Assembly: GCA_944325625.1 (NCBI GenBank)
Contig: CALVAP010000001.1
Coordinates: 9,649 to 73,648 of the forward strand
Origin: Candidatus Gastranaerophilales bacterium
Lineage (GTDB): Bacteria; Cyanobacteriota; Vampirovibrionia; Gastranaerophilales; Gastranaerophilaceae
Direction of reading: 5' to 3'
DNA: 64,000 nt
The first letter of the stretch is position 1, and the number at the start of each line of letters is the position of its first letter. The translations under genes were made by a program, and so were the position numbers. Below the pieces are notes generated by a model, which did not search any database, was not told the origin of the DNA, and worked only from the letters and a program-made list of their open reading frames with translations. This document shows, one piece after another, positions 8,702 through 17,539 of the stretch.

Positions 8702-9364
8702 ATGCAAGCCAGAACAGCAGCCAGAGAATTAGCACTTATACTGTTTTCACAGTTTGATAGGGAAATTTCGCAATATAAAACAAAAGAGTTTGAAGATATA
8801 ATTCTAAAATCGGTTAGAACGCTTACGAATAATGCAACAGAAGACCTGAAAGTTGCAGTTGGACACCTAATAGAGATGAAAGAATTTATAGATGATTATG
8901 AAGCTAATCATCAGACCAATCTTGAGCGTCCGTTAACGGTTTCAAACGTTCCTGTACCGTTGCCAATGACCTCCGATATGTCCGGAAGAATAGATGAGAT
9001 GATAAATGTAGCCGAAAAGGCATTTGTGGCTCTGGAAATAGCTGAGATGACAACGCTTGAAGAGAAAAGTAATGTTAAGGATTTCACGCTCAAAATAGCG
9101 GAAGAATACAAAACTCATAATGCAGAAATAGACGGATATATAAAGGAATATGCGATTGGCTGGGATTTTTCCAGACTTGTAAAAATGGACAAAGATATAT
9201 TAAGAATAGCAATAGCAGAGCTTTTATATCTCCAGGATACTCCGCATAAGGTTGTTATAGATGAGGCAATAGAGTTGGCGAAAAAATATTCAACCGAGGA
9301 CAGTGCTTCATTTATCAATGGAATACTTGCCAAGATAGTAGAGCTAAAAAAGCAGTTGAACTAA
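8702..9364 (+). CDS. nusB: Transcription antitermination factor NusB (long form)
   Basis: N-terminal ARTAARELALILFSQ and C-terminal VVIDEAIELAKKYSTEDSASFINGILAKI are NusB signatures. At 220 aa it carries an internal insertion. Confidence 0.85.
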   Translation: MQARTAARELALILFSQFDREISQYKTKEFEDIILKSVRTLTNNATEDLKVAVGHLIEMKEFIDDYEANHQTNLERPLTVSNVPVPLPMTSDMSGRIDEMINVAEKAFVALEIAEMTTLEEKSNVKDFTLKIAEEYKTHNAEIDGYIKEYAIGWDFSRLVKMDKDILRIAIAELLYLQDTPHKVVIDEAIELAKKYSTEDSASFINGILAKIVELKKQLN

Positions 9365-9378
9365 AAAATTAGGGAAAA

Positions 9379-10362
9379 ATGGTTTTTAACTTTTTCAAGA
9401 AAGATAAAGACGAAAACTCTCAGAATATCCAATCTGAACAAAAGGAGAAAAACGGGAGTTTTTGGGGAATATCAGTAGAGAGTTTGAAACGAGTAGTTTC
9501 AAATACTGCACAGTCATTGGTAAACAATGTTGTCAGCCAGATTGACGGTGCGGAAGAGATAGATGATTTTATCTTGGATGATATGGAAGACGCTTTGATT
9601 AAGGCTGATTTGGGTGTTGGAATAGCGTCTGATATAGTAGATACTTTAAGAAAACGAAATGAGCTAAAACCTTCAAAAGTAAGAGAGTATCTAAGAAATA
9701 CTTTCAGTGAAATTCTGAATGCCGCAGGGAGTTCCGAGCTTTCTTATAAAAATGGGGAGTTGAACATATATTTTATAACAGGAGTGAACGGAGCGGGTAA
9801 AACGACATTGATAGGCAAGCTTGCGCATAAGTTTGCACAAGAAGGTAAGAAGGTCTTAATAGCGGCAGGTGATACATTTAGGGCGGCAGCTGAAGAACAG
9901 CTTAATATCTGGAGCGATAGGGCAAAGGCAGATATAGTAAGAAAAGACAAAGCTGATCCGGCCTCGGTGGTATTTGATGCAATACAAAAGGGAAAAAATG
10001 AGGGCTATGATATTTTATTGATTGATACCGCTGGAAGATTACAAAATAAATACAATTTGATGCAGGAGTTATCAAAAATAAAAGCCGTTATAGACAAGAA
10101 TGCAGCACAGAATTTGAGAGAATGTATGCTGGTTTTAGACGCTAATACGGGACAAAACGGATTATCGCAGGCAAAAGTATTTGCAGAGGCGGTAAATTTG
10201 ACGTCAGTAGCGTTAACAAAGCTTGACGGTTCAGCAAAGGGCGGAATAATAATCAGTATAGCAAAAGATATGAAACTTCCGGTAAAGTTAATAGGAGTGG
10301 GCGAGAAGCTGGAAGATTTGAGGGTTTTCAACGGGGCTGATTTCATAGAGGCGTTGTTTTAA
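9379..10362 (+). CDS. ftsY: Signal recognition particle receptor FtsY
   Basis: SRP-GTPase motifs GVNGAGKTTLIGKLA, DTAGRLQ, TKLDGSAKGG and the NG-domain layout. Confidence 0.93.
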   Translation: MVFNFFKKDKDENSQNIQSEQKEKNGSFWGISVESLKRVVSNTAQSLVNNVVSQIDGAEEIDDFILDDMEDALIKADLGVGIASDIVDTLRKRNELKPSKVREYLRNTFSEILNAAGSSELSYKNGELNIYFITGVNGAGKTTLIGKLAHKFAQEGKKVLIAAGDTFRAAAEEQLNIWSDRAKADIVRKDKADPASVVFDAIQKGKNEGYDILLIDTAGRLQNKYNLMQELSKIKAVIDKNAAQNLRECMLVLDANTGQNGLSQAKVFAEAVNLTSVALTKLDGSAKGGIIISIAKDMKLPVKLIGVGEKLEDLRVFNGADFIEALF

Positions 10363-10399
10363 TTTTTTAACCCTTCGTTACAAAATTGTCAGAGTGCTA

Positions 10400-10427
10400 T
10401 TGCATGGTAATATTTTTTGGATATAAT
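10400..10427 (+). promoter_or_regulatory. Putative sigma-70-type promoter for the rpsE operon
   Basis: TTGCAT (10400-10405), 16-nt spacer, TATAAT (10422-10427). This leaves a ~155-nt leader before the rpsE ATG. Confidence 0.45.
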
Positions 10428-10591
10428 TATAAGGTCAGAAAATTAAAATCCAATTTCGAACATGCGCTTTTGCTGAGTGTTCGGCTATGTTAGAAGGTAG
10501 TCGGAAATTCAGGTTTTGAGCATGTTTTTTTAAACCCAAAACAAGACAAACAAAAAAGACGTACATATTTACATTAAAAAAGGAAAAATAA

Positions 10592-11215
10592 ATGTCAGAA
10601 GAAAAATTGAATGAAGCATTAGAAGTAGCAGAAACAGAAACAGTAGAGACTGTAGAAGTTGTTGCTGAAGCAAGTGAAAAACCGCAAAGACGCGGAAAGA
10701 AAAGAAGAATTGAAACAACAGAACCCGAAAAACCGGTATCGGAATGGGAAGAAAGAGTTGTTCAAATCAGCCGAGTAACAAAGGTAGTAAAAGGCGGAAA
10801 GAAATTAAGTTTCAGAGCAATAGTAATTGTAGGAAACAAAAAAGGACAAGTAGGAGTAGGATGTGCAAAGGCATCTGAAGTAATAGTTGCAATACAAAAG
10901 GCAATAGCAGACGGACGTAAAAATCTTATCATGGTACCGATATTCAAGACGACTATTCCTCACCCGATAACAGGAAGATCAGGGGCAGGCAGTGTAATGC
11001 TAAGACCGGCATCAGAAGGTACAGGGGTTATAGCAGGTGGAGCAGTTCGTTCAGTGCTTGAGCTTGCAGGTATAGAAAATATCTTGAGTAAATCACTCGG
11101 TTCAAAATCGCCGTTGAATGCAGCAAATGCAACAATGGAAGCACTTAAATCACTAAGAACGTTCAATGATGTAGCAAGACGTCGCGGAATAGCACTTAGA
11201 GATATGCTTAACTAG
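10592..11215 (+). CDS. rpsE: 30S ribosomal protein S5 (with ~45-aa N-terminal extension)
   Basis: [36 protein letters not shown] and [12 protein letters not shown] are S5 signatures. The N-terminal E/V/T-rich then K/R-rich extension is unusual. Confidence 0.95.
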   Translation: MSEEKLNEALEVAETETVETVEVVAEASEKPQRRGKKRRIETTEPEKPVSEWEERVVQISRVTKVVKGGKKLSFRAIVIVGNKKGQVGVGCAKASEVIVAIQKAIADGRKNLIMVPIFKTTIPHPITGRSGAGSVMLRPASEGTGVIAGGAVRSVLELAGIENILSKSLGSKSPLNAANATMEALKSLRTFNDVARRRGIALRDMLN

Positions 11216-11274
11216 TCAGTAGGCTAATAGGAATACTAAACATCAGTGATGTTAAATAATAAAGGAAATAAAAA

Positions 11275-11454
11275 ATGGCAAATCAAATAAAAATAAAACT
11301 TAAAAGAAGTCTTATCGGATCTACCGAAAAACAAATTAAAGTTGTAAAAGGACTTGGCTTGAGAAAAGTAAATCAAGTTGTTGAAAAATATGATACACCA
11401 ATAATAATGGGTATGGTAAATAAAGTTTCACACCTTGTTGAAATTGTAAAATAG
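11275..11454 (+). CDS. rpmD: 50S ribosomal protein L30
   Basis: At 59 aa it is below the ORF-track cutoff: MANQIKIKLKRSLIGSTEKQIKVVKGLGLRKVNQVVEKYDTPIIMGMVNKVSHLVEIVK. It sits between rpsE and rplO, as in spc operons. Confidence 0.9.
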   Translation: MANQIKIKLKRSLIGSTEKQIKVVKGLGLRKVNQVVEKYDTPIIMGMVNKVSHLVEIVK

Positions 11455-11484
11455 ATAACAAAAATAAATCGAAAGGTAATAAAA

Positions 11485-11937
11485 ATGACAGAAATGATAA
11501 CATTAGAAGATTTAAGACCCGCAAAAGGCGCTACAAAGAAATCAAAAAGAGTAGGACGCGGACGTTCATCAGGACATGGAAAAACATCTTGTCGTGGTCA
11601 TAACGGTGAAGGACAACGCTCAGGAAGCTCAGCAAAAAGAGGTTTTGAAGGCGGACAAATGCCCGGATACAGACAAATGCCTAAATTAAAAGGCTTTGAA
11701 GTGATAAACAAAATTGAAAGTGCACAAATAAACGTTTCAGATTTGGAAAAATTTGGAATGGAAAAAGTTTGCCTTGAATGTTTAAAAGAAGCAGGAAAAG
11801 TTCGCAATTCCGCTAAGGTATTGAGAGTTCTTGGAGATGGAGAACTTACAAAAGCAGTTAGTGTAAAAGCAGCACATTTTAGTGCATCAGCAAAAGAAAA
11901 AATTGAAAAAGCAGGCGGAAAGGCTGAATTAGTATAA
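11485..11937 (+). CDS. rplO: 50S ribosomal protein L15
   Basis: KRVGRGRSSGHGKTSCRGHNGEGQRSG glycine/arginine-rich L15 N-terminus, and the expected operon position. Confidence 0.95.
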   Translation: MTEMITLEDLRPAKGATKKSKRVGRGRSSGHGKTSCRGHNGEGQRSGSSAKRGFEGGQMPGYRQMPKLKGFEVINKIESAQINVSDLEKFGMEKVCLECLKEAGKVRNSAKVLRVLGDGELTKAVSVKAAHFSASAKEKIEKAGGKAELV

Positions 11938-13271
11938 TGAAAAACAGTTACGCACAACCGACGCCTGACATAGTAGGAATGGTAAAAGCGTCGGGGTTAA
12001 AAGAAAAAGCGATATTCACCCTGATAGCGATAGCGGTGTTCAGATTTTTGGCACAGGTACCGTTATTTGGGATAGATAATGAAATTTTCTCACATATTGC
12101 AGCTGGAAATAATTTGATAGGTTTTATTGACTTATTTTCAGGCGGAGCATTGGGAAAAGTTTCGGTAATTGCGCTTGGTATAGGACCATATATCACAGCA
12201 TCAATCGTAATGCAGTTGATGGCGGTGGTTGTGCCACAGTGGGAACAGATGCAAAAAGAAGAAGGAGAAGCAGGCAGACGTAAATTGTCTCAGTACAGCC
12301 GAATTCTTACAGTGTTTATAGCGTTGTTTCAGGGCGGAGTTTTTCTGTCGTTTTTAACGCATCAGGCACCTATGGCAATATTGCCTGGGGTAAACAAGGG
12401 ATTATTCTTCTTTGGTTCAATGTTGATTCTCACAGCAGGCGCAGTATTTGTGATGTGGTTGTCTGAGCTTATCACAGAACGAGGAATAGGAAACGGTGGT
12501 TCGTTACTTATTTTTGCGGGTATTTTGGCAGGTATTCCTGTTTATGCTTCAAAAACCGGACAATTAATTGCAAACGACACTGGTATGCAGGCTAATCTTG
12601 TGCTTTTGCTTGCTATCTTTGCCGCAACAATGGTATTGATTGTTATTATGCAAGAAGCTATAAGAAAAGTTATTATCGTGAACCCGAAAAGACAGGTTGG
12701 TAATAAAGTTTATGGTGGAGTAAATACTCATATTCCGTTTAAACTTAATCCGGGTGGGGTTATGCCGATTATCTTTGCGGTTGCGATTTTATTTTTCCCT
12801 GCTACCGTGCTTCAGTTCTTAGGTCAAGCTTTTAGAGGTAAAGCATTGGAATCTGTGTTTGAGCATTTGACACAGGTGTTGAGTCCCACAGGGCTTACTT
12901 ACTATGTAATATACTTCTTGCTGATTGTTCTGTTGACGTTTTTCTATGCGTCAATTATGCCAAATATGCAACCGAAAGACATTGCAAATAATCTTAAGAA
13001 GTACGGTTCTTCTATTCCCGGAGTTAAGCCAGGAAGACCTACAGCAGAAGCTTTGGATAAAATCTTATCTAAAACAACGTTTATAGGAGCAATGGCGTTG
13101 GGTGTTATTGCATTGATTCCTTCTTTGGCGAGTAAAATTACAAACATAACAACTTTCCAAGGTATAGGTGCAACGTCACTAATCATCATGGTTGGTGTTG
13201 CTTTAGATTTGATTAATCAGGTTAAAACACACTTATTGGCTAAACAATACGAAAGCTTTCTTAAAGAATAG
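11937..13271 (+). CDS. secY: Preprotein translocase subunit SecY
   Basis: 444 aa, multi-TM. Motifs GIGPYITASIVMQL and GNGGSLLIFAGI. The start overlaps the rplO stop (TAATG). Confidence 0.95.
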   Translation: MKNSYAQPTPDIVGMVKASGLKEKAIFTLIAIAVFRFLAQVPLFGIDNEIFSHIAAGNNLIGFIDLFSGGALGKVSVIALGIGPYITASIVMQLMAVVVPQWEQMQKEEGEAGRRKLSQYSRILTVFIALFQGGVFLSFLTHQAPMAILPGVNKGLFFFGSMLILTAGAVFVMWLSELITERGIGNGGSLLIFAGILAGIPVYASKTGQLIANDTGMQANLVLLLAIFAATMVLIVIMQEAIRKVIIVNPKRQVGNKVYGGVNTHIPFKLNPGGVMPIIFAVAILFFPATVLQFLGQAFRGKALESVFEHLTQVLSPTGLTYYVIYFLLIVLLTFFYASIMPNMQPKDIANNLKKYGSSIPGVKPGRPTAEALDKILSKTTFIGAMALGVIALIPSLASKITNITTFQGIGATSLIIMVGVALDLINQVKTHLLAKQYESFLKE

Positions 13272-13291
13272 AAGTTAAAAACTAAGTACAA

Positions 13292-13320
13292 AAGAGCCGC
13301 AAATAATATTTGCGGCTCTT
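13292..13320. terminator. Bidirectional rho-independent terminator between secY and the convergent small gene
   Basis: aagagccgcaaa-taatat-ttgcggctctt hairpin flanked by A-run and T-run. Confidence 0.8.
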
Positions 13321-13339
13321 TAAGTTTTTCAAGCTAAAA

Positions 13340-13738
13340 CTAATCTTTTTTTGAGGAATTTAGCTTATTTCTTACCCATAATGCAGCTGGGAGAATTATA
13401 GCACCGGCGAGGGCACTTTTTGCTATTCCCATTTTTGATATTTTACCCGAGTTTACTACGTTAGCAAGCCCTTCTTTGCAGGTTGTTTTAATTTTTGAGC
13501 CTACAGATTTAATGCCGCCCCAAACTTTAGAGATACCTGATTTAACGCCGTCAATGGCTTTTTGGAATATGCCTTTTTTTGCGGCTGCTTCTTTTGCCGC
13601 TTTATCTTTAGCGATAGCTCTTTTTTGTATTATGTAAGCGGCACCTGCTCCAAGAACTGCACCTGTTGCAGCAACTTTTGCTGCTTTTTTGTAGGGTTGA
13701 TAGTTTGTGTTGCCAGATATAGATTCTACTTTTGTCAT
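13340..13738 (-). CDS. Hypothetical small membrane protein (two hydrophobic segments, Lys/Ala-rich linker)
   Basis: The internal ATG at 13738 (MTKVESISG...) is preceded by AAAGGA. Hydrophobic segments are VAATGAVLGAGAAYII and ALAGAIILPAALW. The longer 152-aa track ORF has no RBS. Confidence 0.55.
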   Translation of the reverse strand: MTKVESISGNTNYQPYKKAAKVAATGAVLGAGAAYIIQKRAIAKDKAAKEAAAKKGIFQKAIDGVKSGISKVWGGIKSVGSKIKTTCKEGLANVVNSGKISKMGIAKSALAGAIILPAALWVRNKLNSSKKD

Positions 13739-13879
13739 AGCACATCCTTTCTCTTCCGTACACAAGTAATAACGAAGCAAATTAATATTTTTGACCACCG
13801 GAACTATTATATTGTAACAAATTTTAATAACTATCGCAATATATATTTGAGAAAAAGTTGCTTCATAATCTCCGCTTTA

Positions 13880-13888
13880 TGGTAGAAT
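13880..13888 (+). promoter_or_regulatory. Extended -10 element (TGgTAGAAT) upstream of adk
   Basis: tatGGTAGAAT at 13880-13888, about 33 nt before the adk ATG. RBS AGGAGGAG lies downstream. Confidence 0.4.
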
Positions 13889-13921
13889 AAAGCTACAGGA
13901 AGAAACGAGGAGGAGTTTAAA

Positions 13922-14575
13922 ATGAAAAAAGAGCTACTGTTTATGGGACCTCCGGCAAGCGGAAAAGGAACCCAAACAAATAGATTATCCAAAGAAATGG
14001 GTTTGCCTCATATAGATACCGGCTCACTTTTGAGGGCTGCTATAAAAAATGAAACGGAATCAGGTTTGATTGCAAAGTCTTATATAGACAAAGGACAGTT
14101 AGTTCCACTTGAGATAGTTGCGAAAGTGATTAAAGAAAGATTGATGGAAGCAGATTGTCAAAAAGGATTTATACTTGACGGTTTTCCAAGGAGTCTTGAG
14201 CAGGCTGTAGCTTTAGATGAAATAAGAAAAGAGATAGATGCAAAATCAGATGTAGATTTTAAGGTAATAAATTTTGAAATTCCCGAAGGTATTCTATTGG
14301 AAAGGATTGTAAACAGGGTTTCTTGTCCTAAGTGCGGGGAGATTTATAACAAGAAGTTTACGCCTCCAAAACAAGATGGTATATGTGATAAATGTGGAGC
14401 AGAACTTACTCAACGAAAAGATGATACAGAGGAGGTTGCAAAATCTCGTTTTGAAACATATCATAGGGAAACAGAACCTCTGGTTAAATTTTATAATGAA
14501 AGGAAAGAGTTAATTGCGCTTGATGCTGAAGGTTCAAGTGATGAAATTTATCAAAGAATTAAGGAAATAGTCTAA
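13922..14575 (+). CDS. adk: Adenylate kinase (zinc-lid type)
   Basis: P-loop GPPASGKGTQ. The LID carries CPKCG...CDKCG. Confidence 0.95.
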   Translation: MKKELLFMGPPASGKGTQTNRLSKEMGLPHIDTGSLLRAAIKNETESGLIAKSYIDKGQLVPLEIVAKVIKERLMEADCQKGFILDGFPRSLEQAVALDEIRKEIDAKSDVDFKVINFEIPEGILLERIVNRVSCPKCGEIYNKKFTPPKQDGICDKCGAELTQRKDDTEEVAKSRFETYHRETEPLVKFYNERKELIALDAEGSSDEIYQRIKEIV

Positions 14576-15330
14576 TGATTACTAAAAAATCAAGAGAAGA
14601 AATAAAATTGATGAAAATAGCCGGGGATATAGTAGCTCAGGTTCATAGAGCGATGAAAGATGCTGTGAAGCCCGGTGTATCAACAAAAGAATTAGATGAA
14701 ATAGCCTATGAAATAATAAAGTCAAACAAGGCTGTTCCGACGTTTTTGGGTTATAGGGGGTTTCCGGCATCAATTTGTGCATCAATAAACGACGAAGTTG
14801 TTCATGGAATACCTTCAGACAAGAGGATATTGAAAGAAGGTGACATTATAGCTGTAGACGTTGGTGCAACATTTCATGGCTTGGTTGGAGATAGTGCCTG
14901 GACATATGCAGTAGGGGAAATATCAGAAGATAATAAAAGGCTTATGGAGGGGACAGAAAAAGCACTTATGGCGGCAATCGAGAAAATGGTTGCGGGAAAT
15001 ACCTTAAACGATGTTGGTGGAGCGGTTGAAGATGTAGCGAAAGAATATCGTTTGGGTATTGTTCGTCAATATGGCGGGCATGGTGTCGGAAGAAATATGC
15101 ATGAAGAACCTTTTGTATTCAATTACAGAGCCGGAGATACAACGATACTAAAACCGGGTATGACAATAGCAATCGAGCCTATGCTTAATTTGGGTTGTGA
15201 TGATGTTTATGAACATGCTGATGGTTGGACGGTTTCTACTCTTGATAAGTGTGCTTCTGCACATTTCGAGCATACAATTTTGGTAACTGAAGCAGAGCCT
15301 GTTATATTAACAAAACTTGCGCAAAAATAA
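14575..15330 (+). CDS. map: Methionine aminopeptidase type I
   Basis: 251 aa. Contexts AVDVGA, GHGVGRNMHEEP, IEPM, FEHT. Follows adk, as in spc/alpha clusters. Confidence 0.93.
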   Translation: MITKKSREEIKLMKIAGDIVAQVHRAMKDAVKPGVSTKELDEIAYEIIKSNKAVPTFLGYRGFPASICASINDEVVHGIPSDKRILKEGDIIAVDVGATFHGLVGDSAWTYAVGEISEDNKRLMEGTEKALMAAIEKMVAGNTLNDVGGAVEDVAKEYRLGIVRQYGGHGVGRNMHEEPFVFNYRAGDTTILKPGMTIAIEPMLNLGCDDVYEHADGWTVSTLDKCASAHFEHTILVTEAEPVILTKLAQK

Positions 15331-15375
15331 GAAACGAAGTAAAATTCCGATATGGATTTTATTGGTGGAGGAAAA

Positions 15376-16089
15376 ATGAAAAAAACATTGAATATAATAC
15401 TAGGTGTTATAGCTATTATGGGGATGATTGCAGGTGCAGCTAATTCTGCTGTTATTCCGCAAAAGGCTTATCAGGCAAACGTTCAGTCCAAACGGTTGAT
15501 AAAAGGAACAACATTGAGATTGCAGTTGTTAGATCCTGCCTCGACGGTGGATTCTTCACAAGGGGACATGTTTCAAGGAATGCTTGTAGAAGACAAGGTT
15601 GAGGATGGAGTTATGATTTTGCCTAAGGGAACTATTTTCCGAGGAACTGTGGATAAAGTTGTTCCTAGCAAGAGAGTTTCCAGAGGTGCGGTTTTGTATT
15701 TAAGTCTTGACCATGTTGTTACTCCGACCGGAAGGCAGGTTCCAATCCAAACGGGATTGATGAGTAATGGAATTGTTCTGACTACAGATGGAGGAATCAA
15801 GGCCGGCGGTAATTATGGCTATGCATTGCAGCAAAATTGGGAAACAGCTACTAATATTATGGGAAATTGTATAGATTGGGGAATAGATGTAGGAGACAAG
15901 ACCCTTTGGGGTTGGCCAAAATATATTACAATTCCTGTTGGCGGAGCAGTAGGCGTAGCAAGCGGTGTAGTTTATTTTATTGGTGATGCCGTTGTCGATT
16001 TATTCAAAAAAGGTGGAGAGGTGACATTCCATCAAGGTTCTGTAATTGATTTTATTTTAACTGATTCAGTAGATATTCCGGTGCATTAG
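15376..16089 (+). CDS. Hypothetical secreted/membrane-anchored protein
   Basis: ATG at 15376 follows GGAGG. Signal-peptide-like MKKTLNIILGVIAIMGMIAGAANSA and a C-terminal hydrophobic stretch IPVGGAVGVASGVVYFIG. Confidence 0.6.
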   Translation: MKKTLNIILGVIAIMGMIAGAANSAVIPQKAYQANVQSKRLIKGTTLRLQLLDPASTVDSSQGDMFQGMLVEDKVEDGVMILPKGTIFRGTVDKVVPSKRVSRGAVLYLSLDHVVTPTGRQVPIQTGLMSNGIVLTTDGGIKAGGNYGYALQQNWETATNIMGNCIDWGIDVGDKTLWGWPKYITIPVGGAVGVASGVVYFIGDAVVDLFKKGGEVTFHQGSVIDFILTDSVDIPVH

Positions 16090-16090
16090 T

Positions 16091-16588
16091 ATGTTTTATT
16101 TGACCAGACACAAGACAGAGAAAAGAATAGCTTCGATTTTAAGAAAAAACGGTTGGACGTTTGCTTCAGCTGAATCTTGCACGGGCGGGTTGGTAAGCTC
16201 TCGGATGACTGATCTTTCGGGAAGTTCGGAGTTTGTTAGCATAAATTTTGTAACATATTCCAATGAAGCAAAAGTTAAATATTTAGGCGTAGCTGAAAAA
16301 ACATTGGAGCAATATGGAGCAGTAAGTTCGCAAACTGCCAATGAGATGGTTTGTGGACTTATGCTTAATACTCTTTGTGATGTGGCTATAGCAACAACAG
16401 GAATTGCAGGACCCACAGGTGGTAGTGACGAAAAACCGATTGGAACTATTTATGTTGCAGTCAAAATTAAAGATAAAACTTTTGTGGAGAGATTTAACTT
16501 AAATCCTAAGTATTCAAGAATAAGAATGAAACGAAAATTTGCTAAACAAGCACTGGAATTTTTGTTAGAACAGTTGTGCAAAGTATAA
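16091..16588 (+). CDS. CinA C-terminal domain protein / nicotinamide-nucleotide amidohydrolase (PncC-like)
   Basis: FASAESCTGGLVSSRMTD, AIATTGIAGPTGG, GTIYVA motifs. Confidence 0.8.
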   Translation: MFYLTRHKTEKRIASILRKNGWTFASAESCTGGLVSSRMTDLSGSSEFVSINFVTYSNEAKVKYLGVAEKTLEQYGAVSSQTANEMVCGLMLNTLCDVAIATTGIAGPTGGSDEKPIGTIYVAVKIKDKTFVERFNLNPKYSRIRMKRKFAKQALEFLLEQLCKV

Positions 16589-16633
16589 TTTATCACGTAA
16601 TTAACTTTTTTAAAAGATTGGAACGGAGGTCTT

Positions 16634-17539
16634 GTGAATACAATAAAAGCAATTAATAAATCTTTTCTTATTGTATGGAAAAATTTAATTTTTATCCAGC
16701 CGTTTATATTGTTTTTGCTGATTTTTACCCTTTTTGCAGGTGGTGTGTATGGAACAATGCGTAACGGTTTGGCATTTATAATATTCAGTTCTTCTTTAAT
16801 GTTGCTTATTGCGGCATTCATTGCCGGTTGGTTTTATATGGCAAAGAAAACTATAGCTTATGAACTTTACGATATGCAAGATGATGAGGATGAAAAGGTT
16901 ATAAAGTCTTTCTCGTTAATAAAGCATTTTTTCCCCGGGGTGGGAAAGTATTTCCTTCCTGTTGTAGGTCTGGGGATTTTGTATGTGGCATTTGTTGTTT
17001 TGGTAATGTTTTTGGGGTATAAGTTCGGTTTAAAGTATATAGGTGCAGCTGATATAGATTTTATGAAGCTTAATGAGGCCTCTGCTTCCTCACAGGAAAT
17101 GCAAGCGTATTTTGCAACGTTGCCGGCAGATAAGGCTTTTTCGATTGTAAAATGGGTGTCTTATATGTTTGTAATTGCCACAGGTGTTCAATTTCTGACA
17201 ATGTGGTGGTTTCCTGCATTGTTTTATAACACTAAAAACCCGCTTAAAGCGTTGGGGCTTGGGTTTGTGTTTCTGTTCAGAAAGTTTGGTGCTTCCATTG
17301 GTATAACTTTTTTTCTAATTGTATTTAATTTCTTTATATCTCTTTTTACGTCGGTATTTGGAAAAAATGTGATAGCATCACTTGTTAGTTTTCTGATGTT
17401 TGTATTTTACGCAGCATATTATGTTGTGTTAATATTCTTGTATTATGGACAGAACTCGGAACACTCGGCAAAAGATTATATCAATAGCGGGGACGACAGC
17501 GACGGGCAAAAGCTTGCTGGCGGTCAGACTGGCGAGTAA
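16634..17539 (+). CDS. Hypothetical multi-pass membrane protein
   Basis: GTG start 5 nt after GGAGG. At least six long hydrophobic segments. The acidic/glycine tail overlaps miaA. Confidence 0.6.
   Translation: MNTIKAINKSFLIVWKNLIFIQPFILFLLIFTLFAGGVYGTMRNGLAFIIFSSSLMLLIAAFIAGWFYMAKKTIAYELYDMQDDEDEKVIKSFSLIKHFFPGVGKYFLPVVGLGILYVAFVVLVMFLGYKFGLKYIGAADIDFMKLNEASASSQEMQAYFATLPADKAFSIVKWVSYMFVIATGVQFLTMWWFPALFYNTKNPLKALGLGFVFLFRKFGASIGITFFLIVFNFFISLFTSVFGKNVIASLVSFLMFVFYAAYYVVLIFLYYGQNSEHSAKDYINSGDDSDGQKLAGGQTGE

Noticed and set aside
15376-16089. TrbI/VirB10-like beta-barrel resemblance (KGT-L-L-L ... LPKGTIFRGTV ... LSLDHVVTPTGRQV) in the secreted 237-aa protein, hinting at a conjugation or T4SS component.
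   Set aside because: The similarity is at pattern level only, no other T4SS or conjugation genes are nearby, and the protein is much shorter than VirB10/TrbI. It is left as hypothetical.
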